Positions 1 through 12,900 of a DNA stretch of 64,000 nt are shown here, in pieces; position 1 is the stretch's first letter; the number at the start of each line of letters is the position of its first letter. Location of the stretch: the NCBI GenBank assembly GCA_000182565.2, contig KQ257451.1; one strand, 5' to 3'. The notes beneath the pieces were generated by a model. The model did no database searches and had not been told where the DNA came from. It saw only the letters and a list, made by a program, of their open reading frames with translations. This DNA comes from Spizellomyces punctatus DAOM BR117 (lineage: Eukaryota). Made by a program: the position numbers and the translations under genes.

Positions 1-3000
1 TCATTGGCTTGTCCGACAATTCTTTGCATTGTTACAATATTGGTGCGTTTTTCCAAATACGCGTGGTATGGACTCGCACTAACGAGCGGTCGTACAGATA
101 CATGTCAGCTTATCGCAAAGCTCCCAGCTTATCACAACTGTGCACCCCATCAAATGGCCGTTCATCCCACCCGACCGCTCGCAATATCAACCTCGCGCAC
201 GGAAGGAATTCTATGGGATACAGAATTGTGGGAGCGTAAACGACTATTGGTCGGTGCGCAATCCGGTGTACGCCAGGTAAATCAATTGTAGACAGGCAGG
301 AAATACTCTCAGCCAGCTAAATAACTCCGGCAGGCTGTCTTCTCGGCCGATGGATCTACAATTATATCTGCATTTGCAGACGGAAGTATACTTCTGTGGA
401 ACGTAGATACATTTAATCTCAATTGGAAGATATCACTGGAGCGTTTCGGTGGGGCCCCGCTGATTCCTTATGAGGAACATGACACAGGATTTGGAAGGTC
501 TTCTATGGCTGCGTCCCGCAATGGCGAGATTTTGGTTGAGGCTGGAGGGTGAGTTTTGTTGGTATTAAATTTTCGCAGTTAATATAGGCAGCCCTGTCTA
601 AGTATTTGCCCTTCCGCCTTCAGGTCGTCCACAGTCTTCGTATGGAATCTGGCCGAAAAAAGGCTGATGCATGAAATTCTCGTTCCTACCTTCGAAGGCA
701 AGAGAATTGTACAAGTGGATTTCCTTGGAGATAGCAATGTAAGGTGATCCTACTTCTGGACATGCGATATCTATTGACGTTTTCTGTCCACAGATTGTCG
801 CGCTACTATCAGACGGGGGTGACCTGCTGTTCATTGATGCAGCGGAGGCCAGGTTCGTGGGGAAGTTGGAAGGGAAACGGAAGGTTCGCAAACGTTGCAA
901 GTTTTCCTTGCAGTTGTGATGGTCAGGCTCATTGGAATCTCTTTACCGCAGTTTATATCATTCGCAGCCTCGCCAAACGGCCGGCTGCTTGCTACAGTCT
1001 TCTTGGATTCGACATCTACAATTGGGCTGGTGCGAGTGGATAAGCTTTTGGAACCTCAGGTAAGACTCGCTCTACTTATGTATCCCATAAACCTAAGGAT
1101 GCAAACCAATTCTCAGAAGTGCGAAGGCGTTGGAGATATGGCTGAGCAAGAGGAGGCCGTACGTGTATACAACTTCCTTCTTTGAACTCCACTTTTGCTC
1201 TGCCTGACCGATAATGTGGTCTTCATCAGTCATTCGAGATGCTCGAGGAAACCAAACGTACGTAGCTGGCCCAACACAACAGAGGTTTGGTTGATGAAAA
1301 TGTCTCTGACTGGAAAACTCAGAGTCAGAAGCAGATGAAGGTTTGCGAACAACGGTAGCTGTTGCTCCCGACCAGGCAAAAACGCTCTACGAGCTTGTTG
1401 ATATGGGCGTAAGTGACACCACCATTCAGCAACTTGTGGCGCAAGAGTTAAGGTGCAATTAAAACACAGCCAGAAGCCAAAACCCTTAGTCGATCAAAGT
1501 TGAAGACGTTCTTATCCTACTACGGAAGTTACCCGGACAAATACAGGTCGGTTGTATATCATGCATATGCGAAGGCACCTGGTCTCAACGGCGATGGATA
1601 TAGAACTTTGATATGGCGCTTCCTTCTACACTTGCCTGAGAACCGGAACAGCTACGAGTCCCTATTAGAACAAGGCACGCACCCCTCTGTCAAAGATTTC
1701 CGAAAACATTTCCCACTGAAAAGTGGGAGAAGTCTAAAGAGTATGGAACGGTGTGTCTTGTCATTTACGGGCATTGAGCTTTGAACCGGGCCATGTATGT
1801 TTAAACTCCTTCCTCTCAAGAGTTCTGTCCGCTCTTGCCTATTGGTCTCCAATATTTGAAAGCTTGGATTACCTTCCGTCGTTGGTCTTCCCCTTTGTCA
1901 AAATCTTTCTAAGAGATATGTTTGCTGGATTTGAGGTTGTCATGACAGTGTTGGGTAAGGTATTCGAGCAAATTTGTTATACTGATGGCAGTCTCCGATA
2001 ATTGGGCAACGACTTCTCTTTAGTAAACTGGTGCCAGAAGTGGTGGGAGTACTATCCGAACCCGCCAATCGAGTGTTTGAATGTCATAGAAGATCTCTTA
2101 GCCTTCCATGATGGCGCCCTTCTTGAGCATTTTGTCCATTGCGGTGTAAAAAGCCAGGCAAGGATCGTTGTCTGAATTTCAGCGAGATCGCTCATCATTG
2201 TGGATATTCTAATTTTTCATGTTTGATAGATATACGCCTGGACTATGATGCAATCATTTTTTGCACAAATATTATCAGGATCGGAATGGAGCATGCTTTG
2301 GGACCACTTCTTGACCAACGGGCCAGATTTCTTATACTACTTTGTAGTTGCCTTCCTAAAGTCCCATCGTACCGCCTTGATGGGTATTAAGAATGCGAAG
2401 GACTTCGATGTAAGTTGGCATTCACTTATATTGCCGTTTGGTGGTGATTAATCTTCTTGATTGGACATGCGCCTCTTTGCAGTTCTTTTTTACTCGGCCA
2501 AACCCAACCATATCGGCTCTCCACATCATCCGATCCACTTATGCACTCCAACGACGTACTCCAGACAGCGTCTCCCCTTCTAGCTTCCTTGAGCCATTCC
2601 TACCAATCCCTAAAGGAGAATACCCTGTTTTCAATGCGTATCCAGAATTCATTATAGATTACCAATGTCGAATGAAAGAGAAAATTCGGGAAGATGAAGC
2701 TGAATTGGGACGGCGAAGGAAGATGGCAGATGAGATTACTCAGCTGACGGAAGAGTTGAGGAGGGACAAGCGTGCATGGGAGTCGGCGGACTGGAAGATG
2801 AATGAGATGGTTGAAAGGTGGTGGGAACAGATGATGGGTAGGTGACCCCTCTAAGATGGTTTCGGGAAGGTTGAAAATTGACGTAGCATCTTAGGCGATG
2901 AGGCGAACCACCGTGAACGTCAGGCGAGGTAAGTCGACATATGTCCTAGCATCGACTGGTCGCCTGAATCCCTGATCCGTTTCAGACTTGATGCAATGGA

Positions 3001-3641
3001 TAAAGAACAACGGGCCAAAGCAATGCATAACATTGCAGAAGGTAAAACTGATACGTAGCTCAAAATATGCTAACAACGCAAAGTAACACGGTATTCAATA
3101 GCACGCCGTTCCTTCATAACTAATCACCTTGATACAACGCAACGTCACCTGGCCAATCTTGCTAAAGCCATTGGAAACAATCGTACCGCTTTGGACTCCG
3201 CAGTCGAGAATGGCATCAATTCGGCTCGGTTTACGGATGTTGAAGACGAGTGGGTGAAAAGAGGTCAGGAGATGATGAGAGTGAGGGAAGTGGTTAAAGA
3301 TGTGGATAGGATGCGGCTGGAAAGGTATCTGGATGCTCGCTCACAAAAATAGGACGGCTGTATTAATTCGTTACCCATTGGTTTCGTACAGACTCGTGAA
3401 AAATGCTCGGGAGGTGGGGATACGAGAGACCGATATAGATGACATACTTCTGCGTCGAAAGAGGTTAAACGAATATCACAGTGTTTCTGATGGTGGGAAT
3501 GGTTTGGCGAAGGGGAAAAGCCGGGCTTGGACTCCAGTTTCACCTTTATCATCACCTGTGAAAGAATCAGAGCGAGAGGCAAGCACTAGAATATCGAGGG
3601 AGGGAAGTCCGATCAAGAGCGTAACTTTTGAAGGCGTTTAA
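1..3641 (+). CDS. TBC1D31: WD40 + TBC-domain centrosomal/ciliary protein, TBC1D31 (WDR67)-like; multi-exon, start lies upstream of the window
   Basis: Spliced exons give WD-like segments (LSFSADGSTIISAFADGSILLWNV; FAASPNGRLLA), then YGSYPDKYR/LIWRFLLHLPEN, VLSALAYWSPIFESLDYLPSLVFPFVK, NWCQKWWEYYPNPPIECL, YPVFNAYPEFIIDYQ, which match TBC1D31 as I recall it; coiled-coil tail; stop TAA ends at 3641. Confidence 0.85.
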
Positions 3642-3894
3642 AGTTACATTTGACCATCGGGCTCAGTTGACCAATGCAGCTGGAAATATACATGCCATAC
3701 CCACAACAATAACCCCTCGAACGTCTCTCCATTTGATGAGAGCACGACAGCACACATTCCATACACAATAAAAATACTGTTCACTCATTCATCATGGAGC
3801 GGGGTATCGCATACGAACCTCACAAATACCAATCAAGTGAGAAAAGCTATGTCACCGAACAAATCATAAACGGTGGTCGAGACATTTTCGCAGT

Positions 3895-6800
3895 CTAGGT
3901 AAACTTTGACCAAGGCCCCCCATAATTTGGATGAGGCGTCGCACCGTCATGTGGGCCTTGAGCTTGCTGTTCCGCCTCAGCACCGACCATAAAGCGTATG
4001 ACGGTGGCAATATCACCTAGTTGGAAAGGTTTGGTCATAAAGTAGTTGAACCCGATTTTGAAGCACCGCAGACGGTCCCTGTAAAAGAAGATGGATCGAG
4101 CGTCAGCTGGTCTACAGCTAGTGAAGGAGCTATGAAATGCAACTATGAACATACGATTCCAATGTCTTGGCTGTGAGGGCGATGACCGGGATTGTCCAGC
4201 CTCGTCGGCGGATCTCTTCGGTAGCTTGGAACCCGTCCATCACCGGCATGAGCAAGTCCTATCCAAAATGAAACCTGTAAGACAGGCGAGCTGGTGCAAA
4301 CGATCGGTAGATTTATGCGACCATACTATACCATTAAGCAAACATCAAAGTACTTTTCCCCATTCTTCTCGATCCTCTGAACAGCCTGCTCACCGTTTTG
4401 AGCCTGTTGTACTTCAAACCCAGCCCTTGTCAGCGTGGTAGCAGCGATTTTGAGTAACACCTCATTGTCCTCAACCACTAGCACACGAATCGGTCTATCT
4501 TTCAGAGGGTGGGTCCCTAGCCGCCGTACTGCGGGGTTTGGTGATTTTTTGGTCCCATTGGGACGGATTGACGGCGATTTACGGTCTCCTTGTGACGACC
4601 GGCGTACTCCTGGAGTAAGGTTTGGCGATGACAAAGTGATGCGAGGGCTAGCTACATGCATGATGGACGGGTCGCGTCCTACAGCTTGAGCGCGGGACAT
4701 GGAGGATGTTCGGGTAATTGGGGAGATGGATGGAACACCTGACAGGGAGGGACTCGCTTGCGGTGGAGTGCTTTGCGACGGACTGCCTCCGGGAGTTGAA
4801 TCTGGTGATGGGGCGCGATTTTGGATATCGGTCGACGTTATGTCCGCGAATCCGGGGGAGTCTCGAGCATAATCGTGGCTGATAACTACACTGTCGGGAA
4901 TAGGCGTAATTTGCTGCTCAATACCTGTGCTTTTACAGCCAGGGTTTTTAGCGATGGATTCCCGTCTGCATACAAGGCCTTCGTTTTCTTTTCCAAACGG
5001 CAACCCACTTCCAAATGAACTAGCGATTCCCAATCCTTTCAGTTCTGCGTTTGTTTCCTGATCTTCTTGCTGGCTGATTTCGTCGAGCAGATCAAACCAC
5101 AGCGAGAACGAGACCTTAGTACCTTTCCCTGGTGTAGAAGCCATTTGTATTTCACCGCCAAGTAGCTGGAGCAGCGAATTTGTGATGTTGAGTGATAGGC
5201 CACTTGTTCCAATCGCTCGATCCGCTAGAAGCCCCAAGTTAGCGGCTGCAACATCTATATGTCTTGAGCTATACTCACCTCCGGATTCTGGCGAATATTT
5301 TTTCAGCAAGTTCGGAAGATCTGTGGTCGGGAATCCTTCACCAGTGTCTTCCACTTCGAAGCGAACCAACACCTGACTTGTTGCATCGACGAGTCCTTCC
5401 CGGAAAGAAACTCGCTTCTCGCTAGGCTTAGGACTCTGCGGAATAGCATCAACAGGTATCGGTCTGATACCCTCAACGATCACCCTTAAAATGACACTTC
5501 CTCGCTTGGTGCTCTCGAAAGAGTTGGACACGAGATGTAGCAGAGCCTAAAATTCATTTTACATTAGTTAATTTGAACAACGTGCACGCTATACCCTTTT
5601 TGATTGCTACCTGCTGTAATTTCGTCGCATCGCCTCTGACTCTGGCAGGAAACCACTCCTTCCCTGATGTATTACTTGGAGCCTCCTTCGATCCCAATTC
5701 AACAGTCTTATCGGCTTCTTCAGCAACTGGTGGGACATCTTCAAGTCCCTTTATAACCAGCTTGAAGTCGACATCAGGAGAACATCGAACAGCTTCGCAC
5801 ACGCCACGGTCGTCCAAGCCGTTAGTAAGTTTACATGCCATCTGAGCTTTATACATTCTCTCAGTCAGCGCCTTCAAGTCAAACGGCACACGCTCAATCT
5901 CGACTGTTCCGGCCTCAATTTTAGATAATAGACGCATGTCGTTTAAAATAAACTTCATGACTCGTGCAGCGTCAGCAACGGAAGCCAGATGCTCAAGACC
6001 TTCAGGACTCAAGGTCATTGCCTGATTGCTCTTCGAGCCGCCGTTACCGTCAGAAAGTTCTGTGGTTGAAGGAGGCGGTGACGGGGTATCTGAAGAGGAA
6101 GGAGACATGGCCCCATTATCAGCTGCAGAGGAGATTGATTGCATCAGGATACTGTTGAGTCCGATAACGACATGAAGAGGATCTGTAGAAAGGTTAGCTT
6201 GGCAAAAATGATGAGCCAAAAACACAATACGCACTCCTCAATTCATGGCAGACGAAGGCGAGGAAGTTGCTCTTTTCAGTCGTTGCCATTTCAGCCGCAT
6301 CCTTCGCCTCCAGAGTCTCCTTGATGATGCTCTTCCACCCACTCATATCTCGAAACAAAACCATTTGAATCCGTTCTTTCTGGTCTTGACAGTCAACGAT
6401 GGGGGAAAAATTGGCTTCGACAGTTATTTCTCTGCCATCTTTCGTTTTCAAGACTGTTTCCTGCATTCCTGGTATGACCATATCATCATCGGTTGCTGCG
6501 TTGTACTCGTCACGCGGTGTGGAGTCAGGCAGGTTGATGTACGTACTGTCGACATCAATAACTACGTTATCTTTTTCTTGTACAGCGTCGTTTCCAGTGA
6601 CCGCTGCGGGTATATTGGTGCTGCTGGCCCATGGACCTGGCGGATGCGAGATCTTGAGAAAATGCTTGTCTTTTACGCCATTCCTCGATTTGGTAGTAGA
6701 GACACCTGGGAAGACTCTACTTATATGTATTCCAAATATCAGATCCTCAACAACGAGCTTGGTGAGAGCAAGACCTTCATCGTTTGCATCGATCACGTAG

Positions 6801-8757
6801 CCTTCACGATTGATGAGAAGCAGTGGGTCGCGGATGGCGCCTAGGATGGAGTAGGCATTTGTACGCATCCAATCAATCTGACGCTGGCTCATTCGTGGGT
6901 TCTCAATGATTGTAGGATCACTTTTGTCACGTTGTCGTCTTTTTAACATGCAGCAACGTGTGAGAAGGGCTAGTAGCAGAAACGTGAGAAGGAGGAAGAC
7001 TATATGATGAGGGATACAAAGAGGTAGTAATTAGATCGCAAGTTGCAAGAAGAGGCAACGGCGCGCCCGTAAACATACCAAAAGCCACATAGGGTGCCGG
7101 CAGTTGCTTTGGTTTCCCCCAACAATACAAGATCCATGTGCGGTCGGCTACCGGGAATGAATAATATCCCATGGATTGCCCGGACGGGGTACTATTTCTG
7201 CAGTGAATCGATATCACGTTGCGAAATCAGTATTTTGTCACCCACTGTAGAGATCTCAAAGCCCCTGAGGAAAGCAAGAGAAGTGAAATGACAAACCTGG
7301 GCTGTGCGTACAGCACTGCATTGCCACCACTGGCATCCAGCACCTGAAGTCCTAGACTGATGTTTGCGGTTGTTGATTGAACAGTGGTATCAATAAGCTG
7401 ATATGGGTCAAAAACCTGCCGGAGTGGAGAAATGATGGCCACTAACATTAGTAACAAGTAGCACTCTTGTGTCCACATTCCAACAATTCTAAAGATGATG
7501 CAAGAATGCAGCTTATTACCCCATAAAAAATTCCCTGCAGACTCCTCCCGGTACCGTTGGGGCCAAACCATGGGAGAACAAATCGATGGACGTCGCGATA
7601 CCCGTTCTCGAAGCGTAGTTGAACCTGGGGGAACAGAATCCATTGTTAGTGACGGAGACATAAAAATAACGGCCATTGCTCGTAGACCTTTTGTCCAATC
7701 GTTAGTAACCCAGTATTTAGTGCACGGAAAACGGCGGGTTGTGACGTGGAGTCGCTCAGCACATCAAATCCAATCAACCATTCGCTCCCCTCGGGAACAT
7801 ATTGTGTTGGGAAGTACGTATCTGCCACCGCACGATTAACGGGCACATAGCCCTCCGTTGGCGAAACAGGTAACGATTCACCGTCGCGGGGACCTTGACT
7901 GATGGGACGTCCATTCGTTGCTTCCCAACTAGCCCGCTGATTTTGAGTGACATACGGGGCATACCCGACCCAAGGCACCTTTATCCCAAATTCAATACCC
8001 GTAGAATCTGCATCTAAGCACAAAGAGAGTACGTACCATCCAACTTTGTGTCTCATACGACTTGGTGAACCTCTGGAAGACATTCTGCGTTACATTGACG
8101 CCACTGTCGAAGAACCATCGATAGCCGTATCTAAAATACAATGTGTCAGATAGCCAACGATGGTTTGAACACGGCAAAACGAACTCACATGAGGGTGAGG
8201 GGGACTACATAGGAATGGTCACCAAAATGGTTGATTGGTTGTAAACAAATGTCAGCACCGGAACAGAAGCAAGCAAGCAAAGCCATGGACGATACGTACG
8301 CATCATCTGATTCTGTATTGCTGCTACAGTCGATTGACAGTCTGATCTGTACGCCTGTCGCTCAGCGTCTTGTGACCTGTTACGGAGCGCAAAGAGGACT
8401 GGAATGGATACCTGTGTGGGCAACACCGCAATAGCAATATTAGCATGCGTGCACTACATTGACGCAAGACATAACCACAATGGACGAATATCCTACCGCC
8501 AATCCTGCTAATATCCACAACAACATGCCAATATTGGGCTTGTGAACGGATAAGGTCTCTCGGGTCCTATTTACGCTGCTCCGCCAGCCCGTTGGTTTTG
8601 CGGATGCAGATTGAGTGCTCCCCGACTCAACCGGTGATAGATCCGGGGAAAGCGCCGATGACGACGAAATGACTGCACGGTTTGCGCGAGAGGTCAGAGC
8701 TTCCGAGGAGACGGCTCTGCTACCTCTTCGAGAGGGTCCATTTCGTCGGGTAGGCAT
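3895..8757 (-). CDS. Hybrid histidine kinase: TM-CHASE-TM-PAS-HisKA-HATPase_c-REC (cytokinin-receptor-like architecture); multi-exon
   Basis: TM (IGMLLWILAGLAVG); CHASE-like segment (WVGYAPYVTQNQRASWE...YFPTQYV...LIGFDVLSD...AVFRALNTG); PAS (IRDPLLLINREGYVIDAN...LFRDMS); H-box KSNFLAFVCHELR/NPLH; FEVEDTGEGF; REC RVLVVEDNEV...DLLMPVMDG...ALTA...MTKPF; ATG at 8757. Confidence 0.88.
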
Positions 8758-9698
8758 GGCACACACGTTGCGTGTGCAGAGTTGACTTGGTGAGCAAGAG
8801 CCGGACTAGTACTAAAGATGCGATCAGTGACCGTTGGCAATGTTTTAGTTCTGCCTTGATGTGTTACAGTTAATTGTTTGTCCGGAAAGAGGGGTGAAGT
8901 ATGCTGAATCCGTTGGCTCGCGGACGGGTTGTCAATAGGTGAATGTGATTGCACAGGTGATTTCTCAGAGATACCCGATCATGCACACAGGCAAGCAATC
9001 AGTGTTCTTCAAAATTGGTTGCGTTGCGCTGTACTACCCTTTCCATATGTTTACAATTGGAATTGTCTATATGAAGCTCAACTTGGGGACTGGCATCCAC
9101 ACGAGCTTACCAACAAAGGCGCGCCATCCAAACATCGAATTCACGATTGCGAAAATGCCCTATTCACCTGAAATGCAGACAGGGCTTATCGGTCGCCCCC
9201 ATTCACAGGCAACCCTTACAGATCCTTGCCTCACAGTTGGTCAGTAGTTTCGGCTGCTTTTTCACACACATGAAGTCTCAGCAATAGGATACGTTGAGAG
9301 GGGAAAAAGACGGCGGGAAATACGATGGTATTCAGATATCAATCAGCTGCCACATCCATGGAGGTTCCTTGGAGGTCACCCATTCACTTGGTCTCCCCGC
9401 GTGCACAATCGCAATGGACGTCCTACACCAGTTGTCTGGTATCCCTTAATAGTTCAGCCGTCTTTAAAGGATCCAGTCGTTATGTAAGCGCAACGTCCCT
9501 CAGAACCACCTTGCTATTGGCACGCACATTCCAGATCGAGCCAATTACAAGCACCGATAATGAGCCGGTGCCGTCCCGCTCTTTGGGGATAACTTTACCA
9601 TTCTTTTGCGCGACAAGAGCGGAGTATGCGCGTCGCTTCCGTAAGCCTAGGAACTACATTAGTACTAATTATTACCCGCTGTCCTAAAGTCCCCAATA

Positions 9699-9780
9699 GA
9701 CACGATGGCCGAGTGGTTAAGGCGATAGACTAGAAATCTATTGGGCTCTGCCCGCGCAGGTTCAAGTCCTGCTCGTGTCG
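9699..9780 (+). tRNA. tRNA-Ser, anticodon AGA
   Basis: GACACGA/TCGTGTC acceptor stem, D-arm TGGCCGAGTGGTTAAGGC, anticodon arm ATAGA-CTAGAAA-TCTAT, long variable arm GGGC-TCT-GCCC, T-arm GCAGG-TTCAAGT-CCTGC; T-run terminator about 20 nt downstream. Confidence 0.97.
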
Positions 9781-9988
9781 CTCGTCAAGGCGGTTAGCTA
9801 ATTTTTTCTTTGTTTTGAGGATTTTATGACCGTGCATGTTATTCATATTTCTCGCTACATGCATGGACAATTACTTCCCTCATACCATCAAACCAGAATA
9901 CTATTTCTCATTCAGCACAGTACATACAAAAAATAAAAAAGGGATCTCCGTCATCTCTGCACCTCCACTGTCTGTTAAAGACAGGTAC

Positions 9989-12900
9989 TTATTCTTCCAT
10001 ATCACTCCCAGAACCACTTTCGTCACCGCCGTTACCTTCCAAGACCTCCAGCTCAAACTCATACTCCTGATCTACCCCCACATACGCATCACACATGAAA
10101 TATAAGCGACACTCTAGTTTGCCCAACTTGTTTTCGGGCGCCACAAAGTCCAGCTTGACTTGCCCACGCTTCTGGAGGGTCGTTCGCTTGATGGCGAGGA
10201 GAGTCTTGTCCTGAGCGTCTCCGACAACGACCCACCAGCCTTCATCCTTCTTGGTGGGATAGTAGGGGGCAATCACGGGTCCTACCGCCGTATCGGCCTC
10301 GTCTTCGTCCATTTCACGTTCCATGACGACTTTGATGGTGACAGCCTCGCCTTGTCGGACTTGGCGGTCGGAAATATCATAGGAAATATCGACGTTGGGG
10401 TAACGGTTGACAAAACGGGCAACATCGGCCATGCGCTTGCCGTCAAGTTGGAGAGCCTGGTTGCGATCTTCGTCTTCCATTTCCATGATGTCAAAGACTC
10501 CTTCTACACCCGCCTTGGTCAGGCGAGCAATAATATCTGCATTGAAATGTGGTACCTGTCGCAATGGTGAATCTCGATCCCAAACAGCTTGGACAACCAT
10601 CTGAGATAGATCCATGGCAGCCAGACAGGGTGCCAGCCACCCATTGCTCGAGATGACATCGACACACGCTTGGATGAGTCGCACTACTTTGGCCAAGATT
10701 GCTTTTTGGTCACTTTCGAGATCAGGCGGGAGTTGCACACGCGAAAAGTGCGCTTGAAGGAGGATATTGGTCTTGAAGTGTGGATCGTTATAGTTGGGAG
10801 TGTCCACCTTGACCGGAAGCCGTTCGTAGATGCGCTTCAGGACCTGGTCTTCGTGATGCCGGATCGGGACGTCCTCAAATTCAGCGGCCGCTGCAATGAT
10901 TTGCAAAAGACCTCGAATCTTGGTTTTGGGGTTGAGAGACATGGAGAAGACTTCGATGGTCACGTAATTTATGTAATAGTACGCGGCAATCATGCCCAAA
11001 TTCAGCGGTGTTACATCGTCTTCTTCCACAGCGATACACTTGCTTGTGGCAAGCTCATCCAACGTTGTTTCCACTAACTCGGATAGATGATCGGAAAGAT
11101 GTCGATGCGTCACACCTTGTAGGTTGTAGTAATTGGGATTCAAGGACATCCGTCGATACAAGAATGTCCAGGTTAAGTAATCCACTGCGTCTTGCTTGTT
11201 CTCAATGGTCTTGGTCACAATCTCGGCGTTGAAATGATCATGTAAGAAGTGATCTAAGTGACTTTCGACGGGTAGAGCCTCGTACAGGAACTTTTTGTAA
11301 AAGTCCTTTTTGACGCTTTGGCACATAAGAACACATCGCCCAGTTTCCCCAGAAGTTGGGCGGGTTGCTCGTCCCATCATTTGCAATACATCTGTGATGG
11401 GGAAATCTGCGTAGCGATGCTCCTTCCCCTCATAGTACTGCGTACCCATGATGACGACTAGGTGACTTCGCATTTTCATTCCCCAGTAAGTGTCCTTGCT
11501 CGCAACAACGACTTGGACAGCGCCGGTATCAAACAAATGTTCAATGATGCGCTTGTCGTTCTTACTGAGCGCTTCGTGGAAGAATGCTACACCATATTGC
11601 ATTGTCTGAACAAGAGCTTTGTCCTGAACTTTATCCAGGTACGGAGCAATATCTTCGTCCGAGCAGTGTAAAAATTTCTTCTCCTCCCCCTCCGCCATCG
11701 CTAAAGTGAGTAAGTCCACAGCCGTAAGCCTCGCCTGTTTACGACTCGGTACGTACACAATGGACGGTTTGCCAGGCGCAAGCTGCGTCACAGCCAAGTA
11801 AGTGGGTTTCGTCATTGCGACCATCATCGAGGCAAAGTGAGGAACGCTGTATCCTTGGATATGAATCTCGAGTGGAACAGGTCGGACGTTAGGTTTGAAA
11901 TTGTAAATACTCTGGCTGGTTGCCCCAATCCACTCGCCGAGGTCCCTGGCATTGGCCAAGGATGTGCCCAGAGCTACAATCCGAATCTTGTTCTCGGTTT
12001 GTACGCTAATATACCGCATCCTGGAGACGATCACCTCCAGAGTCGGCCCAATGTCTCCGCCGATCAAGTGGACCTCGTCCGCAATAAACAACCCAACTGT
12101 CTGCACATTCTTACGTTGCTTCCATCGTCGAGAAAGCATATCCCACTTTTGCGGAGTTGCAAAGACAATGTCCCCTGTCTCGAGGAGTTTCAAATCCGCT
12201 GTTGTTTCGCCAGTAAGAGCAACAATATTTTTCCCACCAAGCAAAGACCCAAACTTTGCTTTCCACTCACTCATCTTCACCTCGACCACTTCGTCGAACG
12301 GGGCAATGTACACGCACCGGGCCGTGGGATTAACGGCCCACAAACGGAGTAAGGCGAATTCTACGCATATGGTCTTGCCTGAACCAGTTGGCGCACCAAT
12401 AAAAACGTTATCATCCGTCTGGTACAATGTGTTGAACACTTGTGTTTGGATTGGGTTGAAATGTCGGTAATCCTGATAGATGGCTTCAAATTCCCGATTC
12501 TTCAACGCAGAAACTGGTAGCGGTTGGAGATCCAACAACTCCGTGTGAGGGGGATATTTTTCGGGGAGAATCAAGTGCTTGAAAGAAACGGGCAACCTCG
12601 TCTCGCAATGCAACCACCGATCGCTGACAATGCTCACATAATAATTTGGCGGCAGTGGTTCATACAAAGGTACGGTGAACGTCACATGATGATCTTCTTC
12701 AGCATAGCGTTGTTTGAGGACAAAAATGTCGTGATAGAGTATCATCTCGCTATCCACATCCTCGACCAACACCCAGAAGGCTTCGGCTCCACCATTGGAG
12801 ATCTTCTCATCAAACTGGAAATCAGGCGTAATTGTTAACTCAAGACGAAGCATCGATCGCGTAATGGGTTGCACATGCGCCTGGAGCTCCAGTTTCGGAA

